Assembly: GCA_030390025.1 (NCBI GenBank)
Contig: CM059433.1
Span: 3,844,001 to 3,908,000 of the forward strand
Direction of reading: 5' to 3'
DNA: 64,000 nucleotides
Source of the DNA: Squalus acanthias
Taxonomy: Eukaryota
Part shown: positions 12,128-22,081 of the stretch, in pieces
Layout of the letters: each line of letters opens with the position of its first letter
Numbering within the stretch: position 1 is the stretch's first letter
The notes under the pieces: model-generated
Database searches by the model: none
Seen by the model: the letters and a program-made list of their open reading frames with translations, nothing else
What the model was told of the DNA's origin: nothing
Translations under genes and position numbers: made by a program

Positions 12128-12375
12128 ATGCACAAGGGTGTTTGCCAAAATGTTAATGTTAAGTTTCAGTTATATTTATGATGATTATAAATTTATTTCT
12201 TTGCACAACTTTCCCATCTTGTCCATTTTTGCCCACTACCTGGGAAGTGTCCTTGTCACTTGAAGTTCATGGTGAGAAATTACTTAACCTCGAGCAATGG
12301 GGGTTTGGGTGACAGCAATGGCTTGAACATTGTCGGACTGCTTTGTGGTGTTGTGAGGGGGGGTGTGGAGGAAAA

Positions 12376-13675
12376 TTAGTACAGCATCTGGCAGCCATAT
12401 GGGTGCACTGGTGCAAGTGAAGTAAACCTGGCCATGATGAGGCCATCCCGGGCTTTCCGGGCAGCAATGTGCGACACTGCTGGGGCCATCTCCACATCAG
12501 GTACCTCCTCCTCTTCCTCCTCATGTTCCACCTCTTCCTCTTCCTCCTCCTCCTCTTCTGAAGAGGCTGTGCGCTCTGCGCCTTGCTCCTCCTGCAGCTC
12601 CAATCCTCGCTGCTGTGCTATGTTGTGCAGTGCGCAGCATATGACGATCATTCTGAAGACACTGGCTGGTGCGTACTGAAGGGCTCCTCCAGATCTGTCA
12701 AGGCATCTGAAGCGCATCTTCATCATGCCGATTGCGTGTTGTATGACACATCTGGTGGACATGTGGCTGTCATTATAGCGCTCCTCGGCCTCATTGCTTG
12801 GCCTCCTCAAATGTGTCATCAGCCACGTCTTCAGTGGATAGCCCTTGTCTCCAAGCAGCCAGCTAGTAAGTCTGTTTGGAGGTGTGAAGAGTTGAGGGAG
12901 GGTGGACTGGCGCAGCATGAAAGAGTTATGACAGCTGCCAGGGAATCTGGTGCACACATGCATGATGATCTTTTTATGGTTGCAGACGAGCTACACATTG
13001 AGGGAGTGGAAGCCCTTGCAGTTCACAAACACTCCTGGGTGATGTGAGGGTGCCCTGATGGCCACATGTGTGCAGTCGATGACGCCCTGCACCTGTGGGA
13101 AGCCAGCCAGAGCCGCAAAGCCAAGCGCCCGCTCAGTCACACTGACCTCATCAGTGGCAAACTTCACATAATTGGCTGACTTGTCAAACATGGCATTGGT
13201 CACCTGGGTGATGCATCTGTGGGTGGCCGACTGCGAGATGCTGCAAATGTCTGCTGCAGATCCCTGGAAGGTGCCGGAGGTGAAGAAGTTGAGGGCGGTG
13301 GTGACTGGCAGCCACGGGTAAGGCGTGTCCACCAGGTCCCCTGGGCAGCAGGTCTTCTTCCAGCAAGTTACAAATGTCTGCCATGACCTGGCACGATAGC
13401 CTGAGCCTCCTGAGGCACTGCTGTTCAGTCCTGTCCAGGAAGCTCATCCTCTGCCTGTACACCCTGTGTTGTGGGTATCACCTCCGGCGCGGTGCTGCCC
13501 TGCGCTGACCCCCTCTCTCCTGTGGAGCAGCAGATCGTTGAGGAGAAGGTTGCTGTTGTGGTTACTGCTGCTGCTGGTGGTTTAGCTGCTGATGCTAGTA
13601 TGGCTGGTGTTGGTGCTGGGGCTCATCTTGGTCTGATTCTGAGGTCCAAGGTGAGACAGTATAAGCGGCACCCAT
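12376..13675 (-). pseudogene. Harbinger DDE transposase (HARBI1-like) pseudogene
   Basis: [23 protein letters not shown] and RFRCLD motifs are spread over three frames (ORFs 13184..13462, 12991..13332, 12376..12963); in-frame stops near the N-terminus; poly-E tail. Confidence 0.9.
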
Positions 13676-16118
13676 GCTGATCTAATAGATACCAGGTAAA
13701 GTGGAGCTCAGAGGCACAATCCTCCAATGTACTGAGAGTGACTAGCAATGTGGTGAGAGTGACTTCCGAGGTTGCAGAAATGACCTGCCAACTCCTGACA
13801 GCTAAATCTCTGCACAAATTGGTGTCAGCAAGAGCCCTTCCCTTCGGCAAGGCAGCAGGTGTAAGGTGGGAGTATTTATCGTTTTTTCCAGCTGTCACTC
13901 AATGAACTCGCTCAGTGGCCTCTGAGCTCCCGCCTCCCCTTCACCGGCGAGGTTCCCGAGGTGCGTGAATCCCGTGCGCAAGAAGTTAAAGCCAAAACTT
14001 GAGGTTAAAAAGGCAGTTAGGGGTCTCTCAACCACCTCAATGAGGTCGCCCGCCTCTCCCGAGCGAGTCCGTGGAGCGCCTCGAAACGCGCCCGAGTTAA
14101 AGGCGGAAGTCGGCGGGATGACGGCGGATTCCTGACGCACTGTCATTTTCCGTGCTTTTAACCGCCGACCCGCCCCCAAAACCCGCACGCTCAGCAATGG
14201 GAAAATTCCGGCCCAATGGGGGGTGATTTTCTCTGTTCACTGTATGTAGCAAAATTATAACTGCGAGGAAAAGTGTTCTTTTTGCTTGAATTTACAATTT
14301 TACTCTACATAGGGCACCGGTAATATGTTGTCCTTATATGTACTGGTGCAGACAGGTTTTATATAACTGACACACACGTATCCCACACAACTGTATCCTC
14401 ATGTGACACCTGCATATGATTTGGAATCGTTCAGACAATTAGGTGCCAAACTATTGGGTAAAAGATGCTGCAATAGCTTTACCCTCACTGGTCTGTTCAA
14501 CAGATATTGTGGTTTTGAATATTATTAAGATCTTACAGGATTTTGGTCGCGGTATCCCATGGATTATTTCATGTACTACTCATGGTGTACTATGGAGCAA
14601 ATATCAGTGCAGGCTTTTTATGAAAAGTAGCTGTTTGGCTAGCTTCAACAAGAAATAAATCAGGGACTTGGTAGTTGACATTTTTACCTCCATTATTCAA
14701 TTATTGATGTTTAGTTTCAGTTCATATCTTTTGGATTCAGGAGATGCAGTTTCAGTTGGAGACAGAGTTTGAATTTTTCCAGAGTTTTAATCAATTTAAT
14801 GCCAGTAGCCGCAGTCCATTTTTCTGTTTTTGCTCTGGTTTCATGCATGAATGCAGAACCTTTCAGAAGAAAAGTCACTTAGCGCCCGGCCTGCTTGTGC
14901 CTATCTCACAAGTCAGGGGCAGTCCCGGACTGCTGACACTGCTGCATACATTCTAACATCTATTCACGCTTTATAATATTGAACTGGAGTGACATTAGTC
15001 TCGTGAATAGGGCAAAGTGAGTTGGGCACTCAGTACAACATTCAATATCGGCTTGTACTGTTATTAATTACAGAGTTAATCCGTTTTCTGTCACAAGAGC
15101 ATCAGAAAAATCAGGAATGAGGAAAGGACATTCAGCCTTTTGAAGCTCATCGCTCTCTTACATTAACTCTCCCAATGTGACATTTAATTGCATTTCGAAT
15201 AGCCCCAATGTTTTTACCTTCAGTATCTTGCTTGGTAGATTGCTCCAGACATTTGTCATTTATTTGCATAAAGCGTTTTTTCCTGATATCGCTTCTAAAT
15301 ATGCTTGTAGCTAATTTCCTTTAGTCATATCCTATCTGATAAGGGCAACGAATTTGACTTTGGGAACTGAACATCCTAATAGGTTTCGACGTATATTGAA
15401 ATGTCCTGCATCTGACTGTCTATTAGTCACACTGATCATTATCTGCTTGCAGCAGATCATTATGAAAGTGTATATTATTCTTCATTTTTGAGGAAGGGAG
15501 TTAAACATCTGTCCAATTTCAATGCTCCTGCAAAGTGACAAATATACAGATTGATTGGTGATTGCTCAGAATTACACCCCTTCTAATACCTAAAATAAAA
15601 AACGCCTGGAATTTCTGCATGGATTCTCCCGGTCATCTGTCATTTCTCTGGGTTTTGATCCTCTGCAGAAATTAGACCCGAAAGAGACTGAGCCAAAATT
15701 TAAAAGCAGCTAATAAGAAGCCTAGCAGAACCCCCAATCTCCATGGGTGGGAAGTGAGACAGTGGGAGCCTCGTAGACTGCTCATTTTCACTGTGTGTAA
15801 ACCAGTGGCCATGCTACCTGTCAGTGAGTATAAGGTTTGATTACCCCCGGAGTAAAAATAGCCGCCGGCATTCACTTTCTAGGCTGGGTGAGAAGTTTCT
15901 CTGCTCCCGGTGCTGTAGTATTGTTTCACTCAAGTCATGACATTTTGGGAGTGTACCCGTCATCAGAACTGAAGGCTGAGATAAATAGGAATTTTAGTTA
16001 GGTTGGCAAAATAGAAAGAAAAGTGGGGGGAGGGGTGTAGAACCAGCAGATACACCAATCGCAAGAAGCAATTCATGAGTTAAATGGTTAATAGAAAACA
16101 GATGATATAAAAGATCAC

Positions 16119-16893
16119 GGGAGGAATTTTAACTCCCCTGAACGGGTGGGATTGGGTTGGGCAGGAAGTAAAAACATTTTTTTTTAATTTCAAACCTGAC
16201 CACAACCCATCTCCAACTCGCCCACTTCTAGTTTTAACAGAGGTGGGTTGGGGGAGAGGGAGACCAATCCGTTCTCAGGAGGCTGTGTGCCTCCATTTTA
16301 AAAGGTTTTTTATTTTTAATGCCGAATGGGTTTCCCGGGGCTTGGGAAACCCGGCAGGTAAAAGGAGGCGAGAAGGGCTGGATCCAAGAGGTGAGTGCAT
16401 TTGCAGCACTGCTTATGGGCCAGGAGGAGCAGGAGTGTTTCCTCCAGGCCCAACAAGCTAACCTGTTTCACTCCGCATGATCTGGCCCCACGCCGCCATC
16501 CCCCAGCGATCTCCGACCCCGCCACGATCCCGAAACCCCCTGCAATCACCGACAACCCCACCCCAATCTCCAAATCCCCACCCCCGCCCCACGACCTCCA
16601 ACAAACCCACCTGATCTCCAATCCCCTACCAACCCCTGCGATCTCCAACCCCCTCCCCCTCCCCCTCCCACTTACCTGCCATCCACTCCTCGCCTCTTTC
16701 CAGCCCGACAGGAAGCCAGCCTGCCAGTCAGGCTGTCGGGCAGGACACCTTCTGAAATATTTGTATCAGACGTCCTGCAGTTAAATCCGTACTTCCGGGT
16801 TTCCCGTCTGGAAATCCCACTCCTCCCCCACTCCCCCCCCACTCCCTCCCACACCCCCGCTCTCTCCAAGGCCCCAAATAAATATCGGGGGCC
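16119..16893 (+). mobile_element. Harbinger-type MITE (family shared with 48997-49723 and 62720-63415)
   Basis: GGGAGGAATTTTAAC left end; shared internal hairpin GGGTTTCCC...GGGAAACCCGGCAG and GGGCCAGGAGGAGCAGGAGTG block. TSD not clear. Confidence 0.6.
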
Positions 16894-17894
16894 ATCAGTG
16901 CAAAAAAAGTAAACATTTAGAAAAGAATATGCAAATGGCGGGTGAGGGGCAGTGAAAATACACAGAAAATCTTGAGAGATAATTAAAAAAAAATAAAGCT
17001 TCAGATAGCGCAGATATGAAACTTAAAGAGAAAATGCAAGTGAAACGCTTTGAATCTGCCAATCGCAAGCTCAGAAAAAGAGCGGGAGCACGTCACGAGC
17101 TCCGACCACCCACCCCCTCAGCAGGACTCGGCCAGACGCTCCCCACATCACAAGCACCCAAGGCTACGAATGAAATGGAAGGCGCAGCTAAGGTCTGAAG
17201 TTAACCAGAATCAGAGGGCTGCAGAGTACACAGCAGAAGCGTCCACTTCTGTCCCGGGTTCCACAAATAATTTCACAGATAAGCAAGAAGGTGGATAATG
17301 GGAATACAGATAACTGTCGATCCTCTCTACATTGCTGCAACGATCTGTTCCATTGATGCAGATCCACTTATCAGCTGCTACTCCTTATGCCATTTCTGGC
17401 TTAGTTTCACTGGTGTGAAATAGTATCTCTGGGGACTGTCGACATAACACGTAGATCCATTGTATAAATAGCAGTTCCATATATGGTTACCAAACACTGT
17501 GTAATTGCCCATCATTCCTTCAGTTTACAGGCACTAAGGTTTTGTGTACAATATTTAAAGATTCAAAAAACACGCTCAATGCGACTCACCGTGAATAAAT
17601 ATTATTTAAATTAATTATTCAAATTTTTAAAAATAAGTTGAGGTTTACGTCCAGATAAGAAAAGTTATTTAACCCATGTATGTCTTTCCACTGCAGAATA
17701 TTTCAACCTGAACAGGATCATTCACTGGAATGCAAACTTCCCTCCGGATGAGATGTAAATATTTGGTCTTCTTTAGACTGAAGGGCTATTTTTCCCGACT
17801 TTGCACGCCCAGTTGGGGAATCTCGCCTGGTGACATCACGTATCGCACACATTGCACAGGATTTTCTGACCATAAATTTAAATGGTATGAAAAT

Positions 17895-18335
17895 CATAAG
17901 AACATAAGAAATAGGAGCAGGAGTGGGCCATTTGGCCCTTCAAGCCTGCTCCGCCATTCAGTGAGATTATGGCTGATCTTCTACCCCATCTCCACTTTCC
18001 TGCACTATCCCCATATCCCTTGATTCCCTTAATATTCAAAAATCTATCGATCTCTGTCTTGAATATACTCAACGACTGAGCCTCCACAGCCCTCTGGGGT
18101 AGAGAATTCCAAAGATTCACCACCCTCTGAGTGAAGAAATTTCTCCTCATCTCAGTCCTAAATGGCCGGCCCCTTATTCTGAGACTGTGACCCCTGGTTC
18201 TAGACTCCCCAGCCAGGGGAAACATCCTCCCTGCATCTACCCTGTCAAGCCCTGTAAGAATTTTGTACATTTCAATGAGATCACCTCTCATTCTTCTAAA
18301 CTCTAGAGAATATAGGCCTAGTCTACTCAATCTGT
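17895..18335 (-). mobile_element. CR1 3' fragment
   Basis: ORF 17878..18345 (RRNFFTQRVVNLWNSLP); (TTCTTATG)n tail. Confidence 0.9.
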
Positions 18336-19285
18336 CCGTGAACAAATCGTGAACAGCATATGTTATAATTTTTGATCTGTGCTTCTGTAAAATTGCCCTT
18401 TAAGTGTTGTTATAGAAATGAGTCACCTCCATGGTGGGCATGTTTCATTGCCAAATCCCTTCACACGAGGGTCTGGATTAATCAGCTGTTGGCAAGCAAC
18501 CCATGGCCTGCAGTGCTCTCTTGGCACAGTTGATGATTAACCAGCCGTCCTGGCTTATTAATAGGACCCGGAGGGGTAGACTTGCCGCTGGCGTCTAGGA
18601 CTCTCTCCACTTGGCTCCAGATAACTCTGCAAGTCAATGGCCTACAGGCAGGGTGGTCCCAGTTGGACCTGCAGTGGGAAGCTTAACAGAGCTCTGTGCT
18701 GGGAACCTATGCAGTTTTAGATGGTCGTACTTCATCAATACTCCGGGGTCCCTAATCATTAGTTCTTGCCAACCTGTGTCTAAACTCTCTGGAGTTAGTT
18801 AAGTAGGCTGTTTACTTACAGGGAGAGAGTATGCATTAGATATCAGATAATCAGAGTTCCTATCTGTGTGAATATTTCAGTAGCTTGCTTTGGACTCTCT
18901 TAAGCACGGTTTCTGTACATATTAAATACCCAGGCCACCAAAAGAATGGTCATTGGAATGGTATCAAGTTGCAAGGGGTGCTCACACCCAGCTTTCGTTA
19001 TAGTCTAGCAAATGTCCAATTGAGTTGCTGGAATTCTGGGTTAATTCACTGGTATGAGTGAAGGTGAGAGAGAAAGATTAAGCACGCACATGAGTGGCGC
19101 ATACGAACCAAGCAGTATTTCACATCGACCATCAGCGTTTCTGTGTATCAGCATTTGCTGAAAATATCAAGAACACGGCAAGCTGCTGTCCTCTCGGTGC
19201 CGCTCCTGTGAGAGTCCAGCCACTAATCAAAGTGATTCCAGTTGTTTCATACTGTAGGTGAGAATTCCTGTGAGAACAGGAGTTA

Positions 19286-20111
19286 CTTTCAGATGAGACG
19301 TTAAACCGAGGCCCCGTCTGGTCTCTCAGGTGGACGTAAAAGATCCCATGGCACTATTGGAAGAAGAGCAGGGGAGTAATATCCCCGGTGCAATAGCAAA
19401 ATACTGCGGATGCTGGAAAACTGAAATAACAACAGAAAGCTCTGGAGAAACTCAGCAGGCCAGGCAACATCCGTGGAGAGAGAAACAAAGTTAATGTTTC
19501 AGGTCGAAGACCCTTCGTCAGAACTGAGAAAAAAGCAGGAAATGAAACAGATGAAAAAGCAAGTTTGGAGGCTGGGGGAGGGAATAAAAGAACAAAAGGG
19601 GAGGTCTGTGAGAAGTAAAGAGACATTACGAGATACTCAAGGCGAGACGAGATGGTAATAGGACAAGTTAAGAAACAAAAGATGGCTCTAGAAGTGTGAA
19701 ATGCGCTGGCAGAATGAAAGACAGCTGCCATGTGGGAGAGAGAAAAAAAAGGGAAAAGGCACAAACCAAAAGTGTGGATAAAAAATATATAAATATATAT
19801 ATATGGTAGGGGCCGAGGTTATGATCTGAAATTGTTGAACTCGATATTGAGTCCAGAAGGCTGTAAAGTGCCTAATCGGAGGTTCTCCCTGGTGTCCTGG
19901 CCAATATTTATCCCTCAATCAATATCACTAAAACAGATGATCTGGTCATTATCACATTGCTGTTTGTGGGAGCTTGCTGTGTGCAAATTGGCTGCCGTGT
20001 TTCCCACATTACAACAGTGACTCCACTTCAAAAGTACTTCATTGGCTGTAAAGTGCTTTGAGACGTCCGGTGGGCGTGAAAGGCGCTATATAAATGCAAG
20101 TCTTTCTTTCT
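19286..20111 (+). mobile_element. 5'-truncated Deu-domain SINE, interrupted by a Penelope-like fragment
   Basis: GATGAGACGTTAAACCGAGGCCCC core; resumes at TTCTCCCTGGTGTCCTGGCC near 19883; (TCTT)n tail. Confidence 0.85.
19391..19881 (-). mobile_element. Penelope-like element (family A), 3' end
   Basis: Minus strand encodes RLGTLQPSGLNIEFNNFRS*, typical of the C-terminus of PLE GIY-YIG domains, then a 3' UTR with hammerhead core CTGACGA-AGGGTCTTCGACCT-GAAA (about 19490-19526). Confidence 0.8.
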
Positions 20112-20482
20112 TTTGCTGAAAATATCAAGAACATGTCGAGCTGCTGTCCTCTCGGTGCCGCTCCTGTGAGAGTCCAGCCACTACTCAAAGTGATTCCATG
20201 TTGTTTCATACTGTAGGTGAGAATTCCTGTGAGAACAGTATCTACAGTATGCAGCAACCAACATTTCTTCAAGCAGCAGCACTCAAAAAATAAAATAACC
20301 CGGAGAGAAAATCAATTAAAACCCGACACTCAGGTAGGAGTGGCACTGGGGGAAAGTGAAATGGATGGCAAGGAAGGGAAAAGACTGTCTAAATGCAAGT
20401 TGTTGTTGTTGAAACGAAATGAGGAAATCACTGGCAACGAAGGGGGAAAGGGGAGGGGAACATGGACGGCATTGAAAGGTAG

Positions 20483-20883
20483 GGAATCAGTGATAGATGA
20501 TAACATCTCATTGAAGCATACAAAATTATTACAGGGCTTGATAGGGTGGATGCTGGGAGAATGTTGCCCTTGGCTGGGGAGTCTAGAACCAGGGGCCTCA
20601 GGATAAAGGGTCGGCCATTCAGGACTGAGATGAGAAGAAATTTCTTCACACAGAGGGTGGTGAATCTTTGGAATTCTCTACTCCAGAGGCCTGTGGAGGC
20701 TCAGTCATTGGGTATATTCAAAACAGAAGTCGATAGATTTCTGACTAGTAAGGGCATCAAGGGATATGGCGATAGGGCCGGTGAATGGAGTTGAGGCAGA
20801 AGATCAGCCATGATCTCATTGAATGGCGGAGCAGGCTCGAAGGGCCGAATGGCCGACTCCTGCTCCTATTTCTTATGTTCTTA
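20483..20883 (+). mobile_element. CR1 3' fragment
   Basis: ORF 20546..20794; (TTCTTATG)n tail; flanking direct repeat TGAAAGGTAG at 20473-20482 and 20884-20893. Confidence 0.85.
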
Positions 20884-21422
20884 TGAAAGGTAGAGGGAAA
20901 GGGGAAGATGGTACGAGTGTTCTTTGGGGAGAAGGAGAGGGAAGAAGTTAAGCGTGGAGCTTTGGTTGCGGGGTGGGGGGGGGGGGCGGTGGACGAGAGA
21001 GACGGCCTTAACTGAGAAGGTAAGGGAACGAGTGCCAGCCCAAACTGAAAGGGGGGTGAAAAGTGCCAATGTGAACGGAGGGGGGCAGCAGCAGGAAGAA
21101 GGGTGCCGGTATAAACAGAGAGGGCGAAGAAGAGTTCCAGCTTAAACACGTTTGGAGGAGACAGAGGAGTGCTCAGTTGAATTGAGGGGGGAGAGGGATA
21201 TGAGTGAACTGGGAGAGTTAAAGGAGTAGAGCATGTCTTTGTGAAAGGTGGGGAGTTGAATGGGGCATAGTGCGTCTGTGCAATGGGCTGGGGTGAACTG
21301 GGGAAGTGGAGAAGGGTTTGGATGTTGGAGAGTGACAGAGAACCTTTTGGACCCTTTTAAAATTTGCCTTGAACATTGTATTTCACACAAATGTAGCAGA
21401 ATTTGCTGGAAAAATAACGGTG

Positions 21423-22034
21423 GATACTGTTGGGGGAGATGGCCTACCAGGGGAAGGCACTAGCAGCCAGGTTCATGGCACCATAGCTGGCTCTGCTGCA
21501 CAGCAGGGCGGGAAAAAGAGTGGCAGGGCTATAGTGATAGGGGACTCAATTGTAAGGGGAATAGACAGGAGTTTCTGTGGCCGCAACCGAGATTCCAGGA
21601 TGGTATGTTGCCTCCCTGGTGCAAGGGTCAAGGATGTCTCGGAGCGGCTGCAGAACATTCTGAAGAGGGAGGGTGAACAGCCAGCTGTCGTGGTGCATGT
21701 AGGTACCAACGATATAGGTAAAAAGCGGGAAGAGGTCCTACAAGCAGAATTTAGGGAGCTAGGAGCTAAATTAAAAAGTAGGACCTCTAAGGTAGTAATC
21801 TCTGGATTGCTACCAGGGCCACGTGCTAATCAGAATAGAGAGAACAGGATAGTGAGATTGAATACGTGGCTTGAGCAGTGGTGCAGGAGGGAGGGATTCA
21901 AATTCCTGAGGCATTGGAACCAGTTCTGGGGGAAGTGGGACCTGTACAAAAGGGACGGTCTGCACTTGGGCAGGACTGGAACCGATGTCCTCGGGGTAAT
22001 ATTTGCTAAAGCAGTTCGGGAGGATTTAAACTAA
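21423..22034 (+). CDS. CR1 ORF1, C-terminal SGNH/GDSL esterase domain (5' end missing)
   Basis: SGNH blocks IVIGDSIVRG, CLPGA, VHVGTND and DGLH are all intact in ORF 21369..22034. The first ~18 codons of that ORF are flank sequence. Confidence 0.9.
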   Translation, partial: DTVGGDGLPGEGTSSQVHGTIAGSAAQQGGKKSGRAIVIGDSIVRGIDRSFCGRNRDSRMVCCLPGARVKDVSERLQNILKREGEQPAVVVHVGTNDIGKKREEVLQAEFRELGAKLKSRTSKVVISGLLPGPRANQNRENRIVRLNTWLEQWCRREGFKFLRHWNQFWGKWDLYKRDGLHLGRTGTDVLGVIFAKAVREDLN

Positions 22035-22081
22035 TATGGCAGGGGAATGGGAACCTATGTACCGAAACAGGGGGAAGTAAT

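Larger units (their letters stand above)
11260..14214 (-). mobile_element. Decayed PIF/Harbinger transposon, internally deleted
   Basis: Imperfect TIRs TGGCCGGAATCTT (left) and AAAATTCCGGCCC (right); convergent Myb-like and transposase remnants. Confidence 0.85.
19154..20238 (+). repeat. 126-bp direct repeat (19154-19279 and 20112-20238) flanking a SINE
   Basis: TTTGCTGAAAATATCAAGAACA...CCTGTGAGAACAG occurs twice, differing by 4 substitutions and 1 indel. Confidence 0.95.

Noticed and set aside
20886..21360. GA-rich segment as an old L2 endonuclease remnant
   Set aside because: Only a faint peptide resemblance; cannot be supported without alignment.
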